Positions 19,126-28,800 of a stretch of DNA of 64,000 nt are shown here, in pieces (the first letter of the stretch is position 1; every line of letters begins with the position of its first letter). The position numbers were made by a program, and so were the translations under genes. The notes below the pieces were generated by a model. The model was not told where the DNA came from. It made no database searches and worked only from the letters and a program-made list of their open reading frames with translations. Origin of the DNA: an uncultured Gammaproteobacteria bacterium (GTDB taxonomy: Bacteria > Patescibacteriota > Patescibacteriia > SG8-24 > DYFX01); contig CAZHHN010000003.1 in the NCBI GenBank assembly GCA_964532415.1, positions 3,777 through 67,776 of the forward strand, read 5' to 3'.

Positions 19126-19295
19126 TATCACGATAATAAAATGAGGTCAAGGTCTGGGAATCCAGCTTGACAAAAATACTTTTTTCTGGTACCGTTATGC
19201 GTCCGATAATTCCTGCCTGTATGGGGAGGTCGGCCGCAAGGCTCAAGGGTCGTCTCTGCCCTACCAGAGATATGTTCCTGTTAAGGAGGCGACAC

Positions 19296-19595
19296 GTGGA
19301 CCCGCATAATGTTCCGGACTTGAGCGCTGAAATCATCGATGGACCTTCTCCGGATGCACTGTTCGAGGCACCCGAGGACGCCCGCGGCTCCGAATTGACA
19401 TTCACCCTGAAGTGCGATGCCACGGGCAAGGTTTACCAAGTGACGGGGATCGTCAATAGCATGAAGATCGAGGGCAAGAGCTGGACCATTGAAGGCAGCC
19501 TCACGGCCCCGATTCCGGGTGGCAAGCATGAACGACCGAAGTTCAAGGCATGGTATGACCCCACACCTCCCTCGGGGTGGCTCTCGACAAACTGA
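19296..19595 (+). CDS. small hypothetical protein (99 aa)
   Basis: GTG start 8 nt after AAGGAGG. Followed by a strong intrinsic terminator. No family recognised. Confidence 0.45.
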   Translation: MDPHNVPDLSAEIIDGPSPDALFEAPEDARGSELTFTLKCDATGKVYQVTGIVNSMKIEGKSWTIEGSLTAPIPGGKHERPKFKAWYDPTPPSGWLSTN

Positions 19596-19610
19596 CAGAC
19601 GCACCCGCGC

Positions 19611-19653
19611 AAAAGAGCACCCCTCGCTCTCGCATCCGGGTGCTCTTTATTTG
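19611..19653 (+). terminator. intrinsic terminator (copy A of repeated element)
   Basis: aaAGAGCACCCctcgctctcgcatccGGGTGCTCTttatttg. Confidence 0.65.
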
Positions 19654-19766
19654 CGGGCGATCAACGCGCGGCCGCATGAGTGATGCCCTCAGGCAGTTGA
19701 CAAGATCGCGTTCGGGACGTAAAGTTCCGGGCTCGAAACCGATGCCTATCCCCCAAGGAGCTTGCC

Positions 19767-20075
19767 ATGCTGTTGCACGCATTCGACCTTTCCCCCGTGG
19801 TACTGAAAGCCCTTCTCTGCCGTTGCGTCGATAATGCCGCGTCCGGCCAGGGGAAGACGGATCATCTGATCGTTCAAACGGCGCACTATGACGCACACGG
19901 GCGTCCGGATATGAAGACACGGGAGCCATTATTGATTGACTGCGGCCATATTGAAATCGGGCCCGACGGGAATAATGCGCTCATCATTCAAGGGGAAGCG
20001 ACGATAGCAGGGCGCCCGAGAGCCGTACGACTCAGCTACCGCCTCGCCGAAGAGGCCGGACAAATCAGTTACTGA
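19767..20075 (+). CDS. small hypothetical protein (102 aa)
   Basis: ATG 7 nt after AAGGAG. Followed by copy B of the same terminator element. Confidence 0.45.
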   Translation: MLLHAFDLSPVVLKALLCRCVDNAASGQGKTDHLIVQTAHYDAHGRPDMKTREPLLIDCGHIEIGPDGNNALIIQGEATIAGRPRAVRLSYRLAEEAGQISY

Positions 20076-20101
20076 AGAGTGCTTCAAGCACCCGCGACGC
20101 A

Positions 20102-20146
20102 AAGAGCACCCCTCGCTCTCGCGTCGCGGGTGTTCTTTGTTCTCGC
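20102..20146 (+). terminator. intrinsic terminator (copy B of repeated element)
   Basis: aaAGAGCACCCctcgctctcgcgtcgcGGGTGTTCTttgttctcg, ~90% identical to the element at 19611. Confidence 0.6.
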
Positions 20147-20148
20147 CA

Positions 20149-20430
20149 TCAGGAGGCCAGCGCGTTCGCCTCGCGCAGTTCCGCCCGCAGGTCCCCCACG
20201 GCTTTATTGACCGTCCGGTCGGTGTGGTCCATCAGTTCGTGCCGCATGCTTCGCATTTCCCCGCGGAGTTCGGCACCCAAGGCGGCCGCCTCCGCTTTGC
20301 CGGCCGTCATTTCGAAACCTTCCCGTATCGCTTCAAGAACCGGTTCAAGCTTCTCGTCGAATGCATTGTCGATCTTCTCATCCACGATCGCACCGATGGC
20401 GTGCAGGTCGGCTTCGGAGAGCATAGGCAT
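20149..20430 (-). CDS. small helical hypothetical protein (93 aa)
   Basis: ORF with plausible composition (E/A/L-rich helices). Convergent with the small + strand genes. Confidence 0.4.
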   Translation of the reverse strand: MPMLSEADLHAIGAIVDEKIDNAFDEKLEPVLEAIREGFEMTAGKAEAAALGAELRGEMRSMRHELMDHTDRTVNKAVGDLRAELREANALAS

Positions 20431-20535
20431 ATCTTTTTAAGAATACGCCGACGGCTTGCCGGAAGTCGAACCGAGATGTCAAGCGCGGATGGTCATACCC
20501 CCGACCGCGCCGTCCCATTACGGCGTCTGGAAGGA

Positions 20536-20577
20536 TTTTGAGGGCGTAAAAATGCAGCGCCCGCGACCATGAGAAGG
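20536..20577 (-). terminator. intrinsic terminator downstream of the His-rich peptide gene
   Basis: minus strand CGCCCGCGgcccttctcatggtCGCGGGCG followed by ctgcatttttac. Confidence 0.45.
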
Positions 20578-20696
20578 GCCGCGGGCGATGAGTTGAGGGT
20601 GAGATAGTGCAGTCGATAGGCTAGAGCGTCCACCGCGCGAGTCGCCGGTCCGAACGACCGGTCGGCCCGACGCAAGCGAGCGCCGGTGCGTCAGGG

Positions 20697-20864
20697 CTAG
20701 CCGCCGCTGCCGCCGTTGAGTGGAACGAGGTTGCCGGTGTTCGTGGAGATATGGTTGCTCGTCCCGGACGCGCTTCCGGGGTTGTCGAGCGGGCCGCTCG
20801 CATGGTGGGTGTGGTGCGTCGCGGTGATGCTGCCGAACGTGGTGCTCTGACTCGGATCCTTCAT
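20697..20864 (-). CDS. 55-aa His/Thr/Ser/Gly-rich peptide (below ORF-track size cutoff)
   Basis: Hand translation: MKDPSQSTTFGSITATHHTHHASGPLDNPGSASGTSNHISTNTGNLVPLNGGSGG. GGGAGAAG SD 8 nt upstream of ATG (20864). Own terminator downstream. Confidence 0.4.
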   Translation of the reverse strand: MKDPSQSTTFGSITATHHTHHASGPLDNPGSASGTSNHISTNTGNLVPLNGGSGG

Positions 20865-21053
20865 CTTTCGCTTCTCCCGTTGTTGTGTGTCCCGTGCTCT
20901 CGCCCGCGAACGGGCGAATCAGATCGACGACCTGACCGCAGCCAACGTAACATGCGCCAAGAAGTCGCGTCAAACGCGGCCTGAATCTTGCCTGTTTTAA
21001 GCGATTCGGCTATAGTGGCTCCCGTAATCCATCTTCCCGCGATCCGACCCAAA

Positions 21054-21605
21054 ATGCGCATTCACCCCAAGAAGTTCCGCCGCCCCGTCGAGACCGCCCC
21101 GCTCTACCGGGCCAATCAGCAGATCCTGTCTCCGGACGTCCGCGTCATCGACGAAAACGGCGTGAACCTTGGCGTCATATCCACCCTGCAGGCCGTCGGT
21201 ATCGCCCAGGAACGCGGCTACGACCTGGTGGAGGTCGACCCGCGCCCGCAGCCGCCTATCTGCAAGATCCTGAATCTCGGCCAGTTCAAGTACGAACGCG
21301 AACGCGAGATGCGCAAGCAGAAGGCCAAAGCCAAACAGGTCGAGGTCAAGGGCATCCGGCTCTCCCCCCGTATCGGCGCGCACGACCGGGAGACCCGCCT
21401 GCGCCTGGCCGAACGTTTCCTGGAAGAGGGCGACAAGCTCCGGATCGAAATCATCCTGCGAGGCCGGGAAAAAGCCCATGCCGAGCTGGCCAAGGGCGTG
21501 ATCGCGGGCTTCGTCAGCCAGCTTTCGCAGAAATTCCCACTGACGACCGAGCAGCCGATCCAAGTCCAGGGCGGACAGTTGACAACCATCGTCGGAAAGA
21601 AGTAA
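21054..21605 (+). CDS. infC: translation initiation factor IF-3
   Basis: Conserved IF-3 N- and C-domains (VRVIDENGVNLGVIS...YDLVEVDPRPQPPICKILNLGQFKYE...IEIILRGREKAH). Confidence 0.9.
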   Translation: MRIHPKKFRRPVETAPLYRANQQILSPDVRVIDENGVNLGVISTLQAVGIAQERGYDLVEVDPRPQPPICKILNLGQFKYEREREMRKQKAKAKQVEVKGIRLSPRIGAHDRETRLRLAERFLEEGDKLRIEIILRGREKAHAELAKGVIAGFVSQLSQKFPLTTEQPIQVQGGQLTTIVGKK

Positions 21606-21617
21606 TCTACGCGCACT

Positions 21618-21818
21618 ATGAAAGCCAAGACGAAGAAGGCCTTCGCTAAGCGCATCAAAGTGACCAAAAACGGCAAGCTGCTCAAGCGCCATGCCGGCCA
21701 GGACCACTTCAACGCGCGCGACACCGGCAAGGTCACCAAAAAGAAACGCCGGGACACGAGCATGTCGGAATCCTACCGGCATTCGCTGAAGTCCCTGCTG
21801 CCTAACCACACCGTCTGA
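21618..21818 (+). CDS. rpmI: 50S ribosomal protein L35
   Basis: MKAKTKKAFAKRIKVTKNGKLLKRHAG, typical bL35. Confidence 0.9.
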   Translation: MKAKTKKAFAKRIKVTKNGKLLKRHAGQDHFNARDTGKVTKKKRRDTSMSESYRHSLKSLLPNHTV

Positions 21819-21819
21819 T

Positions 21820-22179
21820 ATGCCGCGCGTCAAACGAGGCAAAGTCCGCGCCCGCAAGCGCGCCCGTGTCCTGAAACGGACGAAGGGCATGATGTGGGGC
21901 CGCAAGAACAAGATCAAGTTGGCCAAAACCGCCGCCACCAAGGCCGGCGCCTATGCCTATCGCGACCGTCGCACCAAAAAACGCAACTTCCGCAGCCTCT
22001 GGCTGATCCGCCTGAACGCCGCTCTGCGTGAAAATGGCCTCTCCTATAGCAAGTTCGCCGGGATGCTGGGCAAGGCCAAAATCGGACTGGATCGCAAAGT
22101 ACTGGCCGAACTGGCTATGAACCACCCGGCGGTGTTCAAAGCCCTGGTCGAGACGGCCTCAAAAATGGCCCAGAAATAA
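21820..22179 (+). CDS. rplT: 50S ribosomal protein L20
   Basis: MPRVKRGKVRARKRARVLKRTKG...FRSLWLIRLNAA, typical bL20. Overlaps the rpmI stop (TGATATG). Confidence 0.92.
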   Translation: MPRVKRGKVRARKRARVLKRTKGMMWGRKNKIKLAKTAATKAGAYAYRDRRTKKRNFRSLWLIRLNAALRENGLSYSKFAGMLGKAKIGLDRKVLAELAMNHPAVFKALVETASKMAQK

Positions 22180-22209
22180 GGCGGAAAAACCGGTCAAAAA
22201 GAAGGTCGA

Positions 22210-22254
22210 GGATTTGTCAAAAATCCTTGACTTTTTTAGTTTTTCATGCTACGC
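22210..22254 (+). promoter_or_regulatory. operator palindrome overlapping a sigma70-like promoter
   Basis: GGATTTgtcaaAAATCC perfect dyad (22210-22226) abutting TTGACT. 17-nt spacer. TACGCT at 22249-22254. ~100-nt leader with CCCCTgaagtgAGGGG hairpin before the ATG at 22356. Confidence 0.4.
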
Positions 22255-22355
22255 TGTGGCGTCCCCTGAAGTGAGGGGGATTCCGTCCGATTCCGGCCGG
22301 AGACCGCCCCTTGACAATTCCATCAACCCGTTTGCCCCGCTTGAGGAGGACCGTC

Positions 22356-23375
22356 ATGATTACCCATGAACAGTGTGTCGCTGCGGTTGCAGCGATCTGC
22401 GAACAGACGTGCGCGCAATGTAATGGGCCCCTGATTTCGGTGCACCACAGGCTCGTCGATGACGAAGGCCATGTCGGTTGCTGTCATCCCGATCCGCTGC
22501 CGGAGACAGATCTGAAACTAATAGAGTTTCTCGTAAGAGAGCAGCTCGACAATCTGAGCATCGATCCCCCGCCGCCACCAGCCGACGCAGTCTCGCCCAA
22601 CCGGAGCCTGCCGGGCCAGGCGGGCGACGATGTCATCCGAGGCCAAGCTCTGGCGAGGGATCTGGCCAGAAAGATCGGCGAGATTGAGGACGCCCACCGG
22701 AGGGCTTTGTCCGAAATGGAGGCCGCTCACAGAGAGGCTCTGGCCGTCGCGCGCGCCGAAGGCGTCGCCGCGGGCATGCAAGCCCGGGAAGATCGCGCCG
22801 CGGAGGTCGAGCGTCTGCTGCAAGATGCGGCGGCACAACGGGAGCATGACCGGGAGCGCGTGCGGGAAGCTGATCTCGCCGCCGCGGGCCATAAGGCCGG
22901 GGTGCTTCTCGCAGAGCAGCAGGTCGAAATGCTCAACCAAACCCTGAACACGCTGCGCACGCTGGTGAGCACGCTGCCGACGCTCCAAGGGAGCGACGCT
23001 CAGACGGTACTGCTCGCCATACTGAACATGGCACCGCCGCCTCAACCGGCAGTGCCTCCCGTCACACCGCCCGTACCCGATCCGCCCACGACACCGCCGT
23101 CGGCGCCAGCTCAGACCGTGGATACCGCTCCGGCTCATCAGAAGTGCCGGGCTAAGTGCCCGAGGATGGCCCACCTGACGCAGCAGTATGTCTGGAAAGA
23201 CGGCAAGCCGCCGTTGGAGCTGTACGCCTGCGGGCCCGGGCATGACGAACTGTTCTTCAGGGCCCTGACAACCAATCCGAAGTACGTCGGCAAGCTCGAG
23301 ACCCCACCAACCAGCGTTGATGATCTCACCGCCAGATGGGTGTCCATCGCTCCGGCCACAACCACCAACCCATAA
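22356..23375 (+). CDS. hypothetical protein: N-terminal Cys/His cluster, coiled-coil, Pro-rich linker, C-terminal Cys cluster
   Basis: GAGGAGG SD 6 nt before ATG 22356. CAQCNGPLISVHHRLVDDEGHVGCCHPD N-term. KCRAKCPRMAH...YACGPGHDE C-term. Mixed (less GC3-biased) codon usage. Confidence 0.5.
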   Translation: MITHEQCVAAVAAICEQTCAQCNGPLISVHHRLVDDEGHVGCCHPDPLPETDLKLIEFLVREQLDNLSIDPPPPPADAVSPNRSLPGQAGDDVIRGQALARDLARKIGEIEDAHRRALSEMEAAHREALAVARAEGVAAGMQAREDRAAEVERLLQDAAAQREHDRERVREADLAAAGHKAGVLLAEQQVEMLNQTLNTLRTLVSTLPTLQGSDAQTVLLAILNMAPPPQPAVPPVTPPVPDPPTTPPSAPAQTVDTAPAHQKCRAKCPRMAHLTQQYVWKDGKPPLELYACGPGHDELFFRALTTNPKYVGKLETPPTSVDDLTARWVSIAPATTTNP

Positions 23376-23382
23376 GGGGGAA

Positions 23383-23913
23383 ATGATGTCCGCAACGAGA
23401 CGCGTAGTCAGGCATACGATCGCCGTACCACCGCCGGTGGTCGATGACCCATCGAAGATGATGACCATCACCCCACAAACGCCCCGCCGATCGCGGCTGC
23501 CGTGGATCATCCTGGCATGTGTCATCCTGCTCGGCGCCGGCGCGGCGGCGGTCTTCCTCCCGATGGGAGGAGATCGCTCCAAGCTGCGCCGGAACGCAGT
23601 CGCCGGACTGGCGAGCGCAGCGGGCGATGCCGTGCAGGTCGTGCCCGCTGCCGATCCGGCAGCAACGGCCGGCCAGCCGGACGTGCTGACCGCATGGTAT
23701 CAGGCACGGATTGCACCGCTGGTCACGGCGGTGAATGAAAAAGCCAGGCTGCAGGATGCAGCAATCGCCGAGCTCAGGCGACAGAACGAAGCGCAGGCAC
23801 GGGAGATTGAGTTCCTGCAGGCGCCGTACGGCGTGCCCAACTGGGCATGGCTGGCGTCCGGGTGCCTCCTCAGCCTGGTCGCGATCGCGCTGGCGCTTCG
23901 ACGACGCCCTTAG
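23383..23913 (+). CDS. hypothetical bitopic membrane protein with central coiled-coil
   Basis: AAGGGGG SD then ATGATG. N-terminal TM (WIILACVILLGAGAAAVFL), coiled-coil (QDAAIAELRRQNEAQAREIEFLQ), C-terminal TM. Followed by terminator. Confidence 0.5.
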   Translation: MMSATRRVVRHTIAVPPPVVDDPSKMMTITPQTPRRSRLPWIILACVILLGAGAAAVFLPMGGDRSKLRRNAVAGLASAAGDAVQVVPAADPAATAGQPDVLTAWYQARIAPLVTAVNEKARLQDAAIAELRRQNEAQAREIEFLQAPYGVPNWAWLASGCLLSLVAIALALRRRP

Positions 23914-23934
23914 CCGTTCCTCTGTACTCCGCAC

Positions 23935-23987
23935 GGGATCCGACCGGTGTCAGTTCATGACACTGCCGGATCCCTTTCTTTTTTTAC
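23935..23987 (+). terminator. intrinsic terminator
   Basis: GGGATCCGaccggtgtcagttcatgacactgCCGGATCCC followed by tttctttttttac. Confidence 0.6.
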
Positions 23988-25387
23988 ACCTGGACCGGCG
24001 GCAACGCCTCGGGAACGGTCACGAAGCCCTGCAGTGGCGCGCCCGCACGGCCGTAGGCCGGCGTTTCGTCGGCCCAGGCATATCCGGCACGGCGGCCGTC
24101 GAGCCCGTAGGCGGCGAAAAGCGGGCGCCCGCCGAATTCGCGGCTGAGCGGATCGAACGCCAGGTAGCCGACCAGCGCACCGGACGCGTCCGCGACCGCC
24201 CGGCAGCGGACCGACCGTCCATGTTTGCCCCGGCAGATCCGCGGGGCACTCCAGCGGCCTTTCGGCGCGGCATCGAACAGGCGTCCGGGAGCGAATACGG
24301 CCGTACGCAGCGGGCCCGGGTCAAAGCCGAGCGCATCGGCGAAAGAAATGCGGCGCGCGCCCGCACGATGCCCGGCGAGCTGGGCGGCTCCGATAGCCAA
24401 GGCGCGCTCCGTCTCATCGATGCGCGGATCGGCGGAATGCCGGTGAAGCTCGGCGGCCACGGCCGCGGCCGTCAGATGGCCGTAGCGTTCTTTCCAGGCT
24501 TCCGGTAGGAGTTCGGATGAAAACCAGGCGGGTGCAGCGGAAGATTCCCGGAAACGCAGATTCCCTTTCCCGAAGGCGGCGCACGCCGAAGCGGCGCCGA
24601 GCAGGCGTGCTTCCCCGGAAGTCAGCTCATACATCGACAAGCGCAGCGCGTTGCCGGAGACAGCGTCCGCAGCCAGACGCAGCGCCGCAGATGTCTGGCG
24701 GGAAACGGCCGGAATCGATCCCTGCTTCAGCAGGACCGAAGCAGCCGCGCCGAGCATATGCGACAGCGCGACCCTGTCCGCGGCACGCCCGGTCAGCGCG
24801 GCGGCGGCAACAAGCGACGCGCGCGCGGCGGCCTCGCGTTCCAACCCATGATTCCGGGCATTCCGCGCGAATTCCGGAAGCAGCGGACGAAGCGCCCGCT
24901 CCCAGATGGCGACGCCGTGACGTTCCCGAGCGAACGCAACCTGTGCCTCCCCTCCCAGTCTGGATTGGGCTTCCGAGATGCCCGGTATCGTGATCTCGCG
25001 GATGGCGACGCAGAGCGCCTGGGCAACGGCATGACCATCCGTCAGATCGACGGGTGGAAGTGCCTTTCTTTCCTGCCGATGGAATGCGAGGCTGCCCGCC
25101 GCGCGCAGGCATCCGGCATGCGCAAGCCACTCGGCATGGGCCCGACCACGGCGATACCACGCCGCATCGGCCGCGGCCGCGTGCAGAGGCGCGGGAAACG
25201 TTTCGGTCGGCGCGAGCAGACGCGCCGAGCGGACGGCGATCCGATCGCGCACGTCTTTTGAAAATTTGGGCAGCGTTCCTTCCCGGCCGAGCCGATCGAG
25301 GAGCGCGCGGAATCCGGCATCGGCATCGTGCATCAGCGCCGCGAGGTCGGCGTCGGTAAAATGCCTGCGCAGTTCCCGCGCGTTCAT
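23984..25387 (-). CDS. hypothetical protein (467 aa, Ala/Arg-rich, soluble)
   Basis: Start ATG 25387 overlaps upstream stop (ATGA). Long ORF with no recognisable domain. Confidence 0.4.
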   Translation of the reverse strand: MNARELRRHFTDADLAALMHDADAGFRALLDRLGREGTLPKFSKDVRDRIAVRSARLLAPTETFPAPLHAAAADAAWYRRGRAHAEWLAHAGCLRAAGSLAFHRQERKALPPVDLTDGHAVAQALCVAIREITIPGISEAQSRLGGEAQVAFARERHGVAIWERALRPLLPEFARNARNHGLEREAAARASLVAAAALTGRAADRVALSHMLGAAASVLLKQGSIPAVSRQTSAALRLAADAVSGNALRLSMYELTSGEARLLGAASACAAFGKGNLRFRESSAAPAWFSSELLPEAWKERYGHLTAAAVAAELHRHSADPRIDETERALAIGAAQLAGHRAGARRISFADALGFDPGPLRTAVFAPGRLFDAAPKGRWSAPRICRGKHGRSVRCRAVADASGALVGYLAFDPLSREFGGRPLFAAYGLDGRRAGYAWADETPAYGRAGAPLQGFVTVPEALPPVQV

Positions 25388-25743
25388 AGGCCGAGCTCGG
25401 CGCGAAGTGCAACGGCCCGTTCGAGACATTCCCGACCGAAGGCGTCGAGCGCCGTCCGGACGCGCGTTTCGGCATCGGGCAGGCGCACGTCGAAGAAAGC
25501 CGCCAGCTCCTCTTCAGAAGCTTCGTCCGCCGCCAGCTGCCGAAATGCCCGGAGCGAATGCGGATCGAGCGCCCCGGCCAGCTCCAGACCGACGCGGCGC
25601 TCGGCTTCAGCCGTGAGCGTCGTGACCGCCTCGGCGCGCTCCAGTTCCGGCGCGTGCGCGAAGCCGGCCCTGGCCAGCAAAGCTTCGACATAGGCGCGGA
25701 CCGGATCGTGCGCGAGCGTCGGGATCGGCGGGAGGCTCTCCAT
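25384..25743 (-). CDS. small acidic helical hypothetical protein (119 aa)
   Basis: ATG 25743 lies 9 nt downstream of a TATACT -10-like box (near-leaderless). Coupled to the downstream 467-aa gene. Confidence 0.4.
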   Translation of the reverse strand: MESLPPIPTLAHDPVRAYVEALLARAGFAHAPELERAEAVTTLTAEAERRVGLELAGALDPHSLRAFRQLAADEASEEELAAFFDVRLPDAETRVRTALDAFGRECLERAVALRAELGL

Positions 25744-25757
25744 GCCCTGACAGTATA

Positions 25758-25796
25758 AGAGAAAAAGAAAAGCCCGTCATCCAGAGGAGGACGGGC
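25758..25796 (-). terminator. intrinsic terminator after the 1104-aa lipoprotein gene
   Basis: minus strand GCCCGTCctcctctggatGACGGGC followed by ttttctttttctc. Confidence 0.65.
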
Positions 25797-25818
25797 CGTG
25801 ACAGAGTTCTGGAACGGA

Positions 25819-28800
25819 CTACGGGCAGGCCGGCGGACCGATTGGAGTTGTCATATCCACGGAAACTTGGTTCCCCGTCAGAGCGGCATAGTACACCCGG
25901 ACGTTGTCGATCAGGCCCCAGAACATGAATCCCGACGAGTCGCGTCCGATATTGAAGGCCGTGCCGGCGGCCGGTTCCGCGAACGACGCCGGAATGACGG
26001 TCGTTTCGCCCGTCATCGTGCCGTTACTCAGAAGGCCGTCGACGTAGATATCGAGCCTCCTGGGCACGGACGTCCCGTCGTAGACGCAGGTGACATGATG
26101 CGATTCGCCCAGATGGCGAATGGCCACGCTGTTTATCTGGATCGTGCCGCTGTTGCCCAACAGCAGCTCGCAGGCGTAATGCGGCTGGGTCGGATCGTGC
26201 CCGACGTCCGGGCTGGTCTTGATGCGCCACCCCTTCGTACTCGTCGCCCGCGCGGCAATCACCCCGTCCTCGCCGCCGGCCGGATTCGTCGTCGCATTGG
26301 TCCATGCGCTCAATGTCAGTTTCGACCGGTTCGTCGAGGTCGGGAAGGTATTGCTTTGAACGCTGTCCTTCTTGCCGTCCCGGAACCTCAGCGCCTTGCC
26401 GAACGAGGAACCGGCCGGCGACGACGTGACCCACTGTGCACCGTTGATCGTGCCGTTGTGATGGCACGTACTGTCGGCCGCGACGCTGCCGCTGCCGGCA
26501 TCGAAGGCGTAGGCCGCTTCCGCAGCCGGAAGCGTCACGACTTCGCAGGCGTCGCCGATGCCGTTGCCGTTCGAATCCTGTTGGCCGGGATTCGGGACCG
26601 TCGGACAGTTGTCCACACAGTTTGGTACGCCATCTCCGTCCCCATCCGTATCCGCTACCCCGCAACCACACGTACCTGGCGCCGTCTTGTTGGGATCGCT
26701 GGCGCAGGCGTCATGACAGTCGGCCGTACCATCGCCGTCAGTATCCGTATCGGCCACACCGCAGCCACACTGGCCTGGTGCAGTCTTATTCGGATCCACA
26801 GGGCAGGCGTCATGACAATTCGGCGTCCCGTCATTGTCACTGTCCGTATCCGCCACGCCGCAACCGCACTGACCGGGAACGGTCTTCGCGGGGTCGGCGG
26901 GACAGGCATCAATGCAATCGGGGAATCCGTCGCCATCGCCGTCGAGATCGGCCGTGCCGCAGCCGCAAACGCCTGGAGCGATCTTGAATGGATCGAGCGG
27001 GCAGGTATCATGGCAATCCGCAGTCCCATCGCCATCCGTATCGACATCGGAAACGCCGCAGCCGCATTGGCCCGGCACGGTCTTAGCCGGATCGATTGGA
27101 CACGCGTCGATGCAATTCGGAAATCCATCGCCATCCGTATCGGTATCCGCTACGCCGCAACCACACGTGCCTGGAGCCGTCTTATTGGGATCGCTGGCGC
27201 AGGCGTCATGACAGTCGGCCGTACCGTCGCCGTCAGTATCCGTATCGGCCACACCGCAGCCACACTGGCCTGGTGCAGTCTTATTCGGATCGGTGGCACA
27301 CGCATCGTGGCAATCGGGAGTCCCATCGCCATCGCCGTCGGCATCCGAAACGTCGCAGCCGCAGACGCCAGGAACCGTCTTGCCCGGATCTGTGTCGCAC
27401 TCGTCATTGCAGTCCGCGGTTCCGTCCGCATCCGTATCGACATCGGAAACGCCGCAGCCACATTGGCCCGCGCTGACCGACTTGGCCGGATCGAGCGGAC
27501 AGGCATCGACCCCATCCCTGACGCCATCGCCGTCGCTGTCGGCGGTATAGAGGCCATCCTTCACCAAGCAAACCTGTGCCGGCGTGAGCGCGACTCTGAA
27601 GAATGACATATCCTGCAGCTGGCTGGCCGGTCCGGTCGTAAAGACCATGCCGTTCAGGTTCGTGACGTTGGCGGCGACATGCACGAGCGATGCCACCTGG
27701 ACGCAATCAAGGTAGAGACGAAGCGTTCCGTCGGCTTCGCGGACGGCGGCGACATGCTTCCAGCCGGCACCGACGAGCGTCGGGACGGTGGCATGCACTT
27801 CATCCGTGCCCGCCAAGCCTGCCAAGAAACCGATGTCGGTCCCAGATGCACCCAGGCTGATCTTGATGCTGTTCCCCAACGGAAGGAGGCCGGTCTTGGA
27901 AAACCAGTCCCGCCCGTTGGACGTTCCGACATTGGCGCGAAAGGCGATCGAGAAAGCTCCCTGACCGACATGGTTTTCGCGCCGATCCGGAATGCCGGGC
28001 GGCCCGACGACGGTCGTCCAAGTGGGACTGCCCGAAACCATCGAACCGGCCGCGCCGGTGAAACCGGGAGAACCCGGTCCCCACGGGCTACCCGGCAAGG
28101 CGGCGCCGTTCGGTCCCAGAGAGGAACCGGTGGGCGTATCCCGATCATGCAGGACGTTCGTGGTGTTCCCACTTGACGCTTCGTCGAGCCGCCAACGATT
28201 GACCAAGCCATCGATGCCCGGCCGTTCGATCTGGCAGACGGAGTTGCATCCGTCGCCGTCCACGAGATTACCATCGTCGCACTCCTCGGAAGCGCCGATG
28301 CTGGTCGCTGTGACGACACCATCGCCGCATTGGTTCATGGTCGAAAGCCGGCACATACCATGTTCGGCCGACGTCCAGATGTCATCGATCTTTGCAACCG
28401 TCAGCGCGCGGCCGACGGTTGGTTCGTCGATATCGATGCCGGGACTCGAACGGCGGTTGCAGGCGAGGCTGTCGACGTCCGATGCTTGCGTATTGGACTG
28501 GTACTCGACCAGGTCGGCGTGGGCATCCACCGCATTGTCGACATACACGTCAACCGGACCGGCTGCGTTCCCGTTGACCATGCCCAGCTTGTTGGGCAGG
28601 TTCAGAACCACGAAGTGCCATGCGCCGTCGGCGACATTGGTCGCGCCCTCGACGGTGACGACCGGTACCGAGTTGACCCGGTAGACCAGGTGACCGGCCG
28701 CGTTGACATAGAACTCGAAGTGCCGATTGGCACCGTGGAATTCCATGATGCTTTGGTCTCCGGTACCTCCCGGCATCCGCCGAACCCAAGCCATCAACGA

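Noticed and set aside
22311-22340. second promoter (TTGACA at 22311) for the 22356 gene
   Set aside because: No -10-like hexamer at appropriate spacing. The TTG at 22311 merely begins the ORF-track ORF.
22518-23582. 354-aa minus-strand ORF
   Set aside because: Antisense to the two + strand genes that have SD sequences, a promoter and a terminator. Composition Arg-rich.
25798-27606. 602-aa + strand ORF
   Set aside because: Antisense to the TSP3 repeat region of the 1104-aa lipoprotein gene. Arg/Ala/Ile-rich repetitive junk created by high GC and the repeat structure.
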